Shown here one piece after another: positions 35,890 to 43,934 of a stretch of DNA of 64,000 nucleotides. The position numbers were made by a program, and so were the translations under genes. Numbering within the stretch: position 1 is the first letter of the stretch; each line of letters starts with the position of its first letter. A model generated the notes under the pieces. The model was not told where the DNA came from. It worked only from the letters and a program-made list of their open reading frames with translations, and searched no databases. Origin of the DNA: a virus; IMG/VR virus record IMGVR_UViG_3300010401_000033, positions 32,001 through 96,000 of that record. One strand, written 5' to 3'.

Positions 35890-36785
35890 TATGGATTTCC
35901 AAATGGATTGGATTCATCAAAGTCTAACAATTGATTTGATTCAGTCTCGATGATCTTATTATCAACGATATCCTCAAATTGTGTATCCAATGGTGTGTTG
36001 GTATCAACACTGCCCATGATCCACTGTGCTCCGCTGTTCGCCCCAACCACATTCGCGGTATTGGAGAACAGACCATTCACCAGTGCAATACTGAGAGTGG
36101 TGTTGCCAGAATCCCAGGTGTGCGCCGTACCAAAGGCAGTCGCGTTCGCCACATCCGATCCCTGAAAGACAATCTCATTATTGGACACGTCAAATTCGCC
36201 TGATCCTGTGGTCAGCACCAGGTTCGTGAGTTGATAGGATTCAAGAATCTGATCGTCCACTTCTTGCACCCCAGTTTGAATTTGTTCGTTGGAAAATACA
36301 AATTGCTTAAGTTTCAGCGCATAGACGTAGACATTTCCGCCTCTGCCACGTCCCAACGTGTAGAACATCGCTTGTTGATTTTCGTGTTCAACGAACGTGA
36401 TTTCAAAGAAGTTCTGCACCAAAGGCATGTAAATAATATCACCTTCACGCGGGCGAATCAATGTCGGAATGGTGAAGTTGAAACGTCGGCGCGACATAAG
36501 CACGGTCATTTCATCATGAATCTCAAGACCGAATTTACTGATAAGGTCGCCTTGCCCCTCCATCCCCATGACATTTTCTACATATACTTCAATGATGTAG
36601 GCGGTGTCAAAGGATTTGAGTTGATCTTCCCCCATGAGCCTGTCGATCTGGTCACGCGACTCACGCGGCAGATAATAGATATCCATTGAATGAATCTTGA
36701 GAGATTCAATCACTAAATCCTCAATCAACAGTTGTTCACTGGTGATCTGCTCTGGAAAAAAATTAAAATAATGGTTCGTGGGCAT
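35889..36785 (-). CDS. gp14: Neck protein (gp14)
   Basis: EQLLIEDLVIESLKI, RPREGDIIY, FDESNPFG; start ATG 36785. Confidence 0.93.
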   Translation of the reverse strand: MPTNHYFNFFPEQITSEQLLIEDLVIESLKIHSMDIYYLPRESRDQIDRLMGEDQLKSFDTAYIIEVYVENVMGMEGQGDLISKFGLEIHDEMTVLMSRRRFNFTIPTLIRPREGDIIYMPLVQNFFEITFVEHENQQAMFYTLGRGRGGNVYVYALKLKQFVFSNEQIQTGVQEVDDQILESYQLTNLVLTTGSGEFDVSNNEIVFQGSDVANATAFGTAHTWDSGNTTLSIALVNGLFSNTANVVGANSGAQWIMGSVDTNTPLDTQFEDIVDNKIIETESNQLLDFDESNPFGNP

Positions 36786-36793
36786 GGGTACCT

Positions 36794-37111
36794 TTAGGAG
36801 AAGGAACTGCCACAGCCGCAAGTGGTCTTTGCCTGTGGGTTCTTAATGGCAAATCCTGAACCTTGGAGTGATTCGGTGTAGTCCACTTCGGCACCGGAAA
36901 TCAATGGCATACTCTGTGGGTCCACCAACACCTTAATACCGTCTTTCTCCACCACGGTGTCATCGTCGGCAATGACGGATTCAAGTTTCATCCCATAACT
37001 GTATCCTGAGCAGCCGCCACCCTTCACATACACTCTGAGTGCTACGGCCTCTGGGTCGTCTGCTAAGAATTTCTTGATATTCGCTGCTGCCACCTCTGTC
37101 ACTGTTATCAT
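36794..37111 (-). CDS. A-type Fe-S cluster carrier protein (ErpA/IscA/HesB)
   Basis: GGGCSGYSY and TCGCGSSF; all three conserved Cys present; AGGAG RBS. Confidence 0.95.
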   Translation of the reverse strand: MITVTEVAAANIKKFLADDPEAVALRVYVKGGGCSGYSYGMKLESVIADDDTVVEKDGIKVLVDPQSMPLISGAEVDYTESLQGSGFAIKNPQAKTTCGCGSSFS

Positions 37112-37120
37112 GCTATCTCC

Positions 37121-38263
37121 TTAGTGTATGAGTAAATAGGTTCCGAGAACATCCTTACGTGTTGCGCTATCGTCTCCGTGTCCAGGCCAGACCAACACAT
37201 TCCAGTGAGGGGAAGGTCCAACAGGCTTCTGCATCATCTCATCGTAGGTAATGACGGTGCTGATATCAGAGATCGCATACTTATGTGCCATGCGGTGTTT
37301 GAAGGTATCAAGTGCATGGGCATCTTTGAACTGCCAGCGACCCTGGGCATCCTTCGTTTTTGACATCAGATCACTGAATAATTCCTTTGGTACGACTCGG
37401 CTGTGCTTCGTCTTGGTGAAATCAACCATCTTTTCTTGTGAAGGTTGTGCGCCACCGCTGAAATTAAACAAGAAATTCTCAGGCTTGTTGGATGCTGACG
37501 CCACCGCAGCAATCTTCGTGTAGGCATAAAAATTGATATTTGGGAATCGGCGGGCTATATCAAATGCCACTTCCATATACTCAGGGCTAAAGAAGTCTCC
37601 GGCATCGTGCCAGCGTAGTACAACTTTGGTGCCTTTCTTGCTGAACTTCTTCTCTGCGGCAAGCAACTCATTACTGAGCATATGCTTGAACCCTTCTGGG
37701 TCATTGAGCAGGAAGTTCAAAACACGAGTGGTGCCAAGGCTGGCGGCCGCCCACTGGACATAGCCACCCTTCATCGCGTAACAGAAGGTTTTGCAAACAC
37801 CGGCACCTGGGCAGGTATCCACAATCACAAAATCCCCGGTCTTTTCGTCCACCGCGAGTCCTTTGAGTGCTGGAAGTCCGACATTGAAAAAGACACTGCT
37901 GGTTCCATCGGAATGCTGCATCTTCTCATTCTGCTTTGTGATATGCGCTGGCCGTTGAGTGACCGAGGCACGAAGTTTATCAAGGTCGTATTGTTCGCCG
38001 TGCTCACCCTTCACCTGGATGTTGCTACCGTGGATGTATGGCTTGTCATACTTCTCAAGTTTGCCTTTGGTTTTATCCTTCGTGCGCCCCAAGTAAGCAT
38101 GAAGTTCATCGGAAGGGAACACACGGGTTGTGGCGCCCAACGGTGACCATTCCATGAGTGTGCTGCTTTTGACAAAGGTATCCAATGACAAAATAGACAA
38201 CCCATTCTTTTTCTTGCCCGGTGCTGCTTCCTTGATGAAGTAGCGGAATTCTCGTAGTGCCAT
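37121..38263 (-). CDS. GP88-like protein (radical-SAM-related Cys triad)
   Basis: TCPGAGVCKTFCYAMKG, LRWHDAGDFFS, FYAYTK. Confidence 0.75.
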   Translation of the reverse strand: MALREFRYFIKEAAPGKKKNGLSILSLDTFVKSSTLMEWSPLGATTRVFPSDELHAYLGRTKDKTKGKLEKYDKPYIHGSNIQVKGEHGEQYDLDKLRASVTQRPAHITKQNEKMQHSDGTSSVFFNVGLPALKGLAVDEKTGDFVIVDTCPGAGVCKTFCYAMKGGYVQWAAASLGTTRVLNFLLNDPEGFKHMLSNELLAAEKKFSKKGTKVVLRWHDAGDFFSPEYMEVAFDIARRFPNINFYAYTKIAAVASASNKPENFLFNFSGGAQPSQEKMVDFTKTKHSRVVPKELFSDLMSKTKDAQGRWQFKDAHALDTFKHRMAHKYAISDISTVITYDEMMQKPVGPSPHWNVLVWPGHGDDSATRKDVLGTYLLIH

Positions 38264-38266
38264 TTT

Positions 38267-39232
38267 TTACCCCATGAGGAAGTCGGATTGGAGGGTATTC
38301 CAGGTCAAGAACTCTGCCTTGATTGTTTTGAGTTCTGTTTCGGCTTCATCATAAATGAGTTGACCATTCAACACTAATCCACCAGGCATTTGTACTCCAC
38401 CAAACTTTTTGAGATTCGCTCCCCACTGGCGCTTAATCATTGCGGTGCCCAAATCCAACAAGACACGATCATTCCAGACATCGGTGTTGCCAAGTTGATA
38501 GGCACTCAGTCCCGATTCTGTGGTGGAGAACGTGGTAAAGGTATTCATGGACGCATTGGAGTCAATCCCCGCAACGGTCACCTGAACATCCCCGTTGGCG
38601 GTCGTAATGAAGAATTCATCGTCCTTGATGAGGTTCGCGTCAAACGTGGCGGCCGTGCCTGTCACGACATTACTCCCTGCGGTGATCGCATAGGTGCCTG
38701 GAAGGTCCACACGATCTGGGTTGATCTTTCCATAGCACTCAAGGATCACATAGGTACCGCGGGACACGTCCATCGCCCAATTGATATCCAGCATGAGTCT
38801 GTTGCGGTGTCTCTGGAAACGAAACTGTGGGGTACCCGAGAACAAAAGGTTCAGAGTACGCAAGTGTTGCATGGTGATTTCGTAACTGACATAGGACACA
38901 CTAGTAAAGTCGTAGAGGTCATGCAAGCGCAATTGATAGCGAAGGTCAAACATGTTCACACTGGATGCCGAATCATCAAATGGAAGCACCCCAGTCACTC
39001 CGACGATCTTATCAGGCACTAAGAGGTATTTTCGTGCAATATCCTGATCGGTGATCTGGTGCTTGAGATACAACTTCTCTGTCCCATCAAAGTGATAGTC
39101 GGTCCAAAACTCCAAGGCTTCATCAACACGGTCATCTACCTGGTCATCGTCAACGTTGACTTCAATGACTGGGTGCCCAAGTCTGCGCTTGCAGTAATCA
39201 ATGTACTGTTGTCTAGTGGCTGGTGCCGACAT
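38267..39232 (-). CDS. gp13: Neck protein (gp13)
   Basis: RRLGHPVIEVNV, KRQWGANLKKF, GGLVLNG. Confidence 0.95.
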   Translation of the reverse strand: MSAPATRQQYIDYCKRRLGHPVIEVNVDDDQVDDRVDEALEFWTDYHFDGTEKLYLKHQITDQDIARKYLLVPDKIVGVTGVLPFDDSASSVNMFDLRYQLRLHDLYDFTSVSYVSYEITMQHLRTLNLLFSGTPQFRFQRHRNRLMLDINWAMDVSRGTYVILECYGKINPDRVDLPGTYAITAGSNVVTGTAATFDANLIKDDEFFITTANGDVQVTVAGIDSNASMNTFTTFSTTESGLSAYQLGNTDVWNDRVLLDLGTAMIKRQWGANLKKFGGVQMPGGLVLNGQLIYDEAETELKTIKAEFLTWNTLQSDFLMG

Positions 39233-39250
39233 AGTGTTCTCCTGTGCCTC

Positions 39251-39258
39251 TATTTATG
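39251..39258 (-). promoter_or_regulatory. Late promoter variant CATAAATA
   Basis: Upstream of gp13. Confidence 0.7.
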
Positions 39259-39406
39259 TGATAATCATGATCCTGCGGCGGGCAGGCAAAGACTCATCCA
39301 GCAATTCTTTATCCCACCAACCATCTTGACTAACCTCAGACGTGAACCATGTGTTGGCTCGAACTTCTGGGTCAAACCATCCTTCGGCAACCGATCCTGC
39401 TGGCAT
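39254..39406 (-). CDS. Small Trp-repeat protein (50 aa, not in the ORF track)
   Basis: MPAGSVAEGWFDPEVRANTWFTSEVSQDGWWDKELLDESLPARRRIMIIT; AGGTGA RBS; fills the gap. Confidence 0.7.
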   Translation of the reverse strand: MPAGSVAEGWFDPEVRANTWFTSEVSQDGWWDKELLDESLPARRRIMIIT

Positions 39407-39415
39407 ACATCACCT

Positions 39416-40303
39416 TTACCCTGTTGGTTCCCACACATGAAGCCACGTACAACCGTCATGAATAAGGTGTGCTTGTAAGAGGTCTGCCTCTGCTGACCCA
39501 TAGATGTTGACAAACCCATCCGCGTTCGTGGTAAACCAGCCAGAGAGAATGGTCAATTGACGCACCGAGGTATCACTGGTACCCACGCCATTGTTGAAGA
39601 ATCCTTCGGCGGAGGCCGCCCCGGCTTCCAACGTAGCAGCGGTCACGCTGGTTGTCACGACACCAATTTCACCAATTTGCACGGCACTAGTGCAGCCGGT
39701 ACCATCACCCGCACCGTTATCCGATGTACGAGAACTAAGGAACTGAAACGACAATCCATTGGTTGTAGCACTACCACCCAGATGAGTGATGTGTGCCAAG
39801 AAATTGTACGTGCGGTTATTCATCACTCTGACAGAGAGCCCCGGAATAATCTGACTAGTTAACTCCGAAAAACGAAGTCCCGAACTGCCGGCCCTCGCTC
39901 CGCGATTCATGACCACCTTTACGTTCAATGGTGCCACACCTAACAACGGTTCATACTTCCAACCGATGCCCTCGGAGTATGATAGACTCTCCCCTGCCTT
40001 AAGTGTCGCACAGTAGAGTTCATAGATAGTGCCGTTCGCATCATACTGAATATGCACCGTCATGGTGACAGTGGCATGGGCATTACGAACATGAATCGTC
40101 TTGACGTTGCGGGTCGTGGTGGCGGCTGGTGGATCAACGAGCCCTGTGTTACCGTTTCCAATGTTAATAAGTTGCCTACCCGCGGCCCCAATGGCACCAG
40201 TGGTTTGGTTCCTATCTGCATAGGTGGCCACACCGAAGATGTTGCCCCCAGTCTCATCAAGAACAATTTTAATTCTATCTGTGGTGCTTGTAAGTAATAA
40301 CAC
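39416..40303 (-). CDS. Hypothetical virion protein, paralogue of 40316-41137
   Basis: Shared MLxLTxxTDxI N-terminal domain; GTG start. Confidence 0.75.
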   Translation of the reverse strand: MLLLTSTTDRIKIVLDETGGNIFGVATYADRNQTTGAIGAAGRQLINIGNGNTGLVDPPAATTTRNVKTIHVRNAHATVTMTVHIQYDANGTIYELYCATLKAGESLSYSEGIGWKYEPLLGVAPLNVKVVMNRGARAGSSGLRFSELTSQIIPGLSVRVMNNRTYNFLAHITHLGGSATTNGLSFQFLSSRTSDNGAGDGTGCTSAVQIGEIGVVTTSVTAATLEAGAASAEGFFNNGVGTSDTSVRQLTILSGWFTTNADGFVNIYGSAEADLLQAHLIHDGCTWLHVWEPTG

Positions 40304-40315
40304 AATTCTCTGCCT

Positions 40316-41137
40316 TTATGTTGTGGGTTGCCAAACACGTAGCCAGGAACCCTTTTTCACAATCAGTCCTGAGGCCACGGTCACCTCTGAGGTGGCTCGC
40401 ATAGAGAATGTACCATCGGCACTTGGAATGATGAACCCTGAAATAATCGCTGGAACAATGGCGGTTGCCCCTGTGGTTTGTGCTGTGATGGCGGTATCTC
40501 GCGCAGTCACGGAACCGGCAGAATGGGCTGAGGCAGTCACACTTCCTGTGACCGTGTCAATGGTGGAGATACGAGAATCGGAGGGCGCGTTTCCGATATT
40601 GTAGCCGAATTGTGAACCTGTGGTTGTGGCATTGTTGATATGATACAGGTGACACAAGAAATTATAGAGGACGCCGCTCAACATGGGAACTTGCAACCCT
40701 GTGATATCCGCAAACGTTGCGGCTGTGGCGTGTGTAGAATCTGCTGTAACATACACCGTGCGTTCAAGACGTTGCGAGTTTGTTAAGTGAATAAACCCCA
40801 TTCCATCAATGTATTCAAGTGTCTCTCCTGCTAACAATGTACATTTGTACATTTCATACAATGTTGCGTTTTGATCCAATTGTACGGTCAAGTCATTGGA
40901 TACCGAGGCATCCAAATTCTTCATGAAAATTGACTTGATATTACGGGTGGTGCCAGTTGCGGGCCCGCCAACAATTGTTGTGGTTGTGGCAGTGAGGGGT
41001 TTTGACAATTGACGATCTGCCACTCCAACGGCGCCGCTCGTACTATCGCGTTCAATGTAACTCGCCACAACGGCAATATCTGCTCCTGAACTTGTGATGA
41101 GTGAAATTTTATCTGTATTGGCAGTTAGGACTAACAT
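40316..41137 (-). CDS. Hypothetical virion protein, paralogue of 39416-40303
   Basis: TTRNIKSI, LYEMYKCTLLAGETLEY and WLRVWQPT shared with its neighbour. Confidence 0.75.
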   Translation of the reverse strand: MLVLTANTDKISLITSSGADIAVVASYIERDSTSGAVGVADRQLSKPLTATTTTIVGGPATGTTRNIKSIFMKNLDASVSNDLTVQLDQNATLYEMYKCTLLAGETLEYIDGMGFIHLTNSQRLERTVYVTADSTHATAATFADITGLQVPMLSGVLYNFLCHLYHINNATTTGSQFGYNIGNAPSDSRISTIDTVTGSVTASAHSAGSVTARDTAITAQTTGATAIVPAIISGFIIPSADGTFSMRATSEVTVASGLIVKKGSWLRVWQPTT

Positions 41138-41162
41138 AGTAAATTCCTCTTAGTTGTATTTA

Positions 41163-41612
41163 TTATAGCATCGTGATGGCAATTTCGTTGACCGTACCAG
41201 TTACCACTGAGAATTGGAGTACCACATAATTGTTTGCCGGGATCGTGGCGTTCGTAAACGTTGTCGTGATTACTCCATTTGTTGTATTGGCACACACGGT
41301 GCTGCCTGTTATGTCCGTTCCGACTGTTCCAGTTGCCCTTGTATTGGCATAGGTCAGATTGAAGGTCACATTAGGAGTGGTGCCCTGCACGACTGAGACA
41401 ACTTTTCTCACTGTGAGGGCGGTGTCAGTGTAGAAAAAAGTGATATTATCAGTGATAACTGGACTGATGACCGATATGCTCTTGGATCGTGATTCTAATG
41501 TGGCAACGGTACCGCTGTTAGCCGGTAGGGTCAGCACCACTGATCCCGCAATAGCAGGTGCCTGGAGATCAACATAGCCCGATGTATCACCCGCAATTCT
41601 TAGTGTGGACAT
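41163..41612 (-). CDS. Small tail-fibre-associated protein
   Basis: GDTSGYVDLQAPAIAGSVVLTLPANSGT motif shared with two neighbours. Confidence 0.7.
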   Translation of the reverse strand: MSTLRIAGDTSGYVDLQAPAIAGSVVLTLPANSGTVATLESRSKSISVISPVITDNITFFYTDTALTVRKVVSVVQGTTPNVTFNLTYANTRATGTVGTDITGSTVCANTTNGVITTTFTNATIPANNYVVLQFSVVTGTVNEIAITML

Positions 41613-41626
41613 CTACGAATTCCTTA

Positions 41627-43117
41627 TTAGTCTTTCCAATAGGTGATAGTGCCACGAAGGACTAATGTTCCACCAGTTGGAAAAGAAGTTGGGGTCAATT
41701 GAGTGAATGCTTGAGCCGAGGCGCTGCCTCGTATATCCATTGTATTTGAGTTGGCTTCAATGTTACAAGTTAGGTGCGAGAATGTGGCACTCGTGACCCC
41801 ACTATAACCCAAGGACCCTTCATGTCCGAGGCTGGAGAGCACCTTTGATGTGAATGGTAACCCCGTTATCTGGGCAATTCCAGATGCCGTGCTATGCGTG
41901 AACGTGCTTGTGACAATTGTAAATGTGAGGTCGATCTTTTTATCTGATATGGTGCCCCAGCCAACTTGAACGGAATACACGATAGTCAGGTTTCCTGGTG
42001 TGGCAAAGGTGAACACCGGAGTCCAGGAGAATGACATGCTGCCATTGATTTGATTATCCTTGGTGGTAGAACTATCCGTCACCCCAGTATTGGCATCATT
42101 TTGTGGGATTGTAAATAAGTTTTTTGCTGCACTTGATCCGAGGGACAATCCCGTTGTGAGTGTCCCTTCGTTGCTTACGATGGACCCACGGAATTGATTA
42201 TTCGCCCCATAACACAAGATACCCTGCGTGGTGCCCCCGGCACCCCATATATCCCCCTCAAACATGTTGGCATAAATGGATGTGGTGGACGCTTCACCAA
42301 TTGCCACCCCTGTGGTTTTGCACTTGTGAATACGTCCGAGCCTAAACTTATTGCCTATGATACCAGCGGTGGGGTTGACAAGAATAACTCCCTTGGTGCC
42401 AGCCACATTACTTCCATTGACTTCTATGAATTCAAATGTCGTTCCGAGAACAGCCGCGTTCGTTGCGTCCACCTTTACACAAATAGGATTTGTTCCACCC
42501 ACTGTGGCAATATGATTGATACGGATGTGACTGTCTAAGCAACCAGGAACAAGATCATATGGAACATTGGCTGTAGGCTTAAAGAGGACGGCGGCATTAT
42601 TGCCTGTGTATACAATCTGACCACTCCAAATACAATAGACCATCATGCAGGAGTCAAATGTGACTCCATTTCCTGAGACTGCCGCAGTGAAGTTAATAGA
42701 ACATGCCCCGATTTCTATGCGTTTATTTTGCATCGCGGGGAATGTAATACCAGTGGTGCAATTGATAACTGCTACGTCTTGTATTGGTGTATTTCCTTGA
42801 ATCCCACCGCCGTACACATACAAATCATACCCATTTGCACAGGCTTCATTGATCGCTTCCTGCAATCCACTAGTTGTAGACGCACTGATGTTGATGGTGT
42901 TTCCATCCGTCTTTCTCACTGTCCAGGTGCCTACACCTGTTCGTAACATTAACACACGACCACTGGATGTGATGAGCGTACCATTCGCTGCCGGAATGGT
43001 GAGCGTGGATGCCCCCATCACTGCGTCAGGTTGTATTCTCATAGAACCAGAGGTCGTCCCTGGCAACGTCAAACTATTGGCAGTGACACCTAATGTTCCG
43101 TCTATCAGTACGCTCAT
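41627..43117 (-). CDS. Tail fibre / tailspike-like protein with a probable beta-helix
   Basis: Shared N-terminal motif; SGLQEAINEA followed by beta-helix-like repeats; fibre-like C-terminal domain. Confidence 0.65.
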   Translation of the reverse strand: MSVLIDGTLGVTANSLTLPGTTSGSMRIQPDAVMGASTLTIPAANGTLITSSGRVLMLRTGVGTWTVRKTDGNTINISASTTSGLQEAINEACANGYDLYVYGGGIQGNTPIQDVAVINCTTGITFPAMQNKRIEIGACSINFTAAVSGNGVTFDSCMMVYCIWSGQIVYTGNNAAVLFKPTANVPYDLVPGCLDSHIRINHIATVGGTNPICVKVDATNAAVLGTTFEFIEVNGSNVAGTKGVILVNPTAGIIGNKFRLGRIHKCKTTGVAIGEASTTSIYANMFEGDIWGAGGTTQGILCYGANNQFRGSIVSNEGTLTTGLSLGSSAAKNLFTIPQNDANTGVTDSSTTKDNQINGSMSFSWTPVFTFATPGNLTIVYSVQVGWGTISDKKIDLTFTIVTSTFTHSTASGIAQITGLPFTSKVLSSLGHEGSLGYSGVTSATFSHLTCNIEANSNTMDIRGSASAQAFTQLTPTSFPTGGTLVLRGTITYWKD

Positions 43118-43127
43118 ATCCTGTTCC

Positions 43128-43925
43128 TTACCTCATGCGCCTGGCGCGTAAAATCCCATACCCTTTGAGAGATGACACTGAAAAATTCGCAATGGCATTC
43201 AAATAATAGACCGTTGAACCCGTGAGATTGACTTGTTGAGGTGCTAAGGTAAAAATAATACCTTCTCCGTTTGACCATGTGAGATTGACTGGGAATCGTG
43301 CTCCCCCATCGGCGCTTGGACTCTGAGCCGATACCGTTGAGAAGTTCCCTGCTAGCAATGTGGTCGCGGTCCCTGTACCCGTGACGAACCCCACAAATCC
43401 TGATACATCCCAATCCCCCGCGGTCAATGTGAGGTTCGCAATTTCTTTGACTACTCCGGTCGACAACGTTAAGGCGGCACCTGAGCCCACAGTCACAATA
43501 AGCAATTCACCAATTTTTCCTGCGGTGGCTACATCGCTGGTAGCGGTGCCTGATATGTCATTGGAGGAAAGCGTCACCACTCCTGATCTTCCAGCGACAG
43601 AAATGACATTGGCTGTGCTCACTAATGCTATTGTTCCGTTCGTAGCCGGGAGGGTAATGGTGGTCGCCCCAGCAATGGCAGTAGGAATCAATGTGATGGA
43701 ACCGCTCGTGGCGCCCAACAGGATCAACCCATTGGCATTAACACCTGCGCCAGAGGACGTACCAATCATCTGCGTCATGCCATTGGTGAACTTGACACTT
43801 AAAATTGTATTCCCGGTGCTATCTAAGGTTGTATAGAAAATCGCCTGGTTCGCCGTAGGTGCCGCGGGTGCGCTCGCCTGAATGTTAGGGATTAAAATTG
43901 TTTCAACAGAAAGTTGTCCTGGCAT
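43128..43925 (-). CDS. Tail-fibre-associated protein
   Basis: GATSGSITLIPTAIAGATTITLPATNGT; VISVAGRSGVVTL; LTLTAGDWDVSG...RARRMR C-terminal domain. Confidence 0.7.
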   Translation of the reverse strand: MPGQLSVETILIPNIQASAPAAPTANQAIFYTTLDSTGNTILSVKFTNGMTQMIGTSSGAGVNANGLILLGATSGSITLIPTAIAGATTITLPATNGTIALVSTANVISVAGRSGVVTLSSNDISGTATSDVATAGKIGELLIVTVGSGAALTLSTGVVKEIANLTLTAGDWDVSGFVGFVTGTGTATTLLAGNFSTVSAQSPSADGGARFPVNLTWSNGEGIIFTLAPQQVNLTGSTVYYLNAIANFSVSSLKGYGILRARRMR

Positions 43926-43934
43926 AAAATCTCC

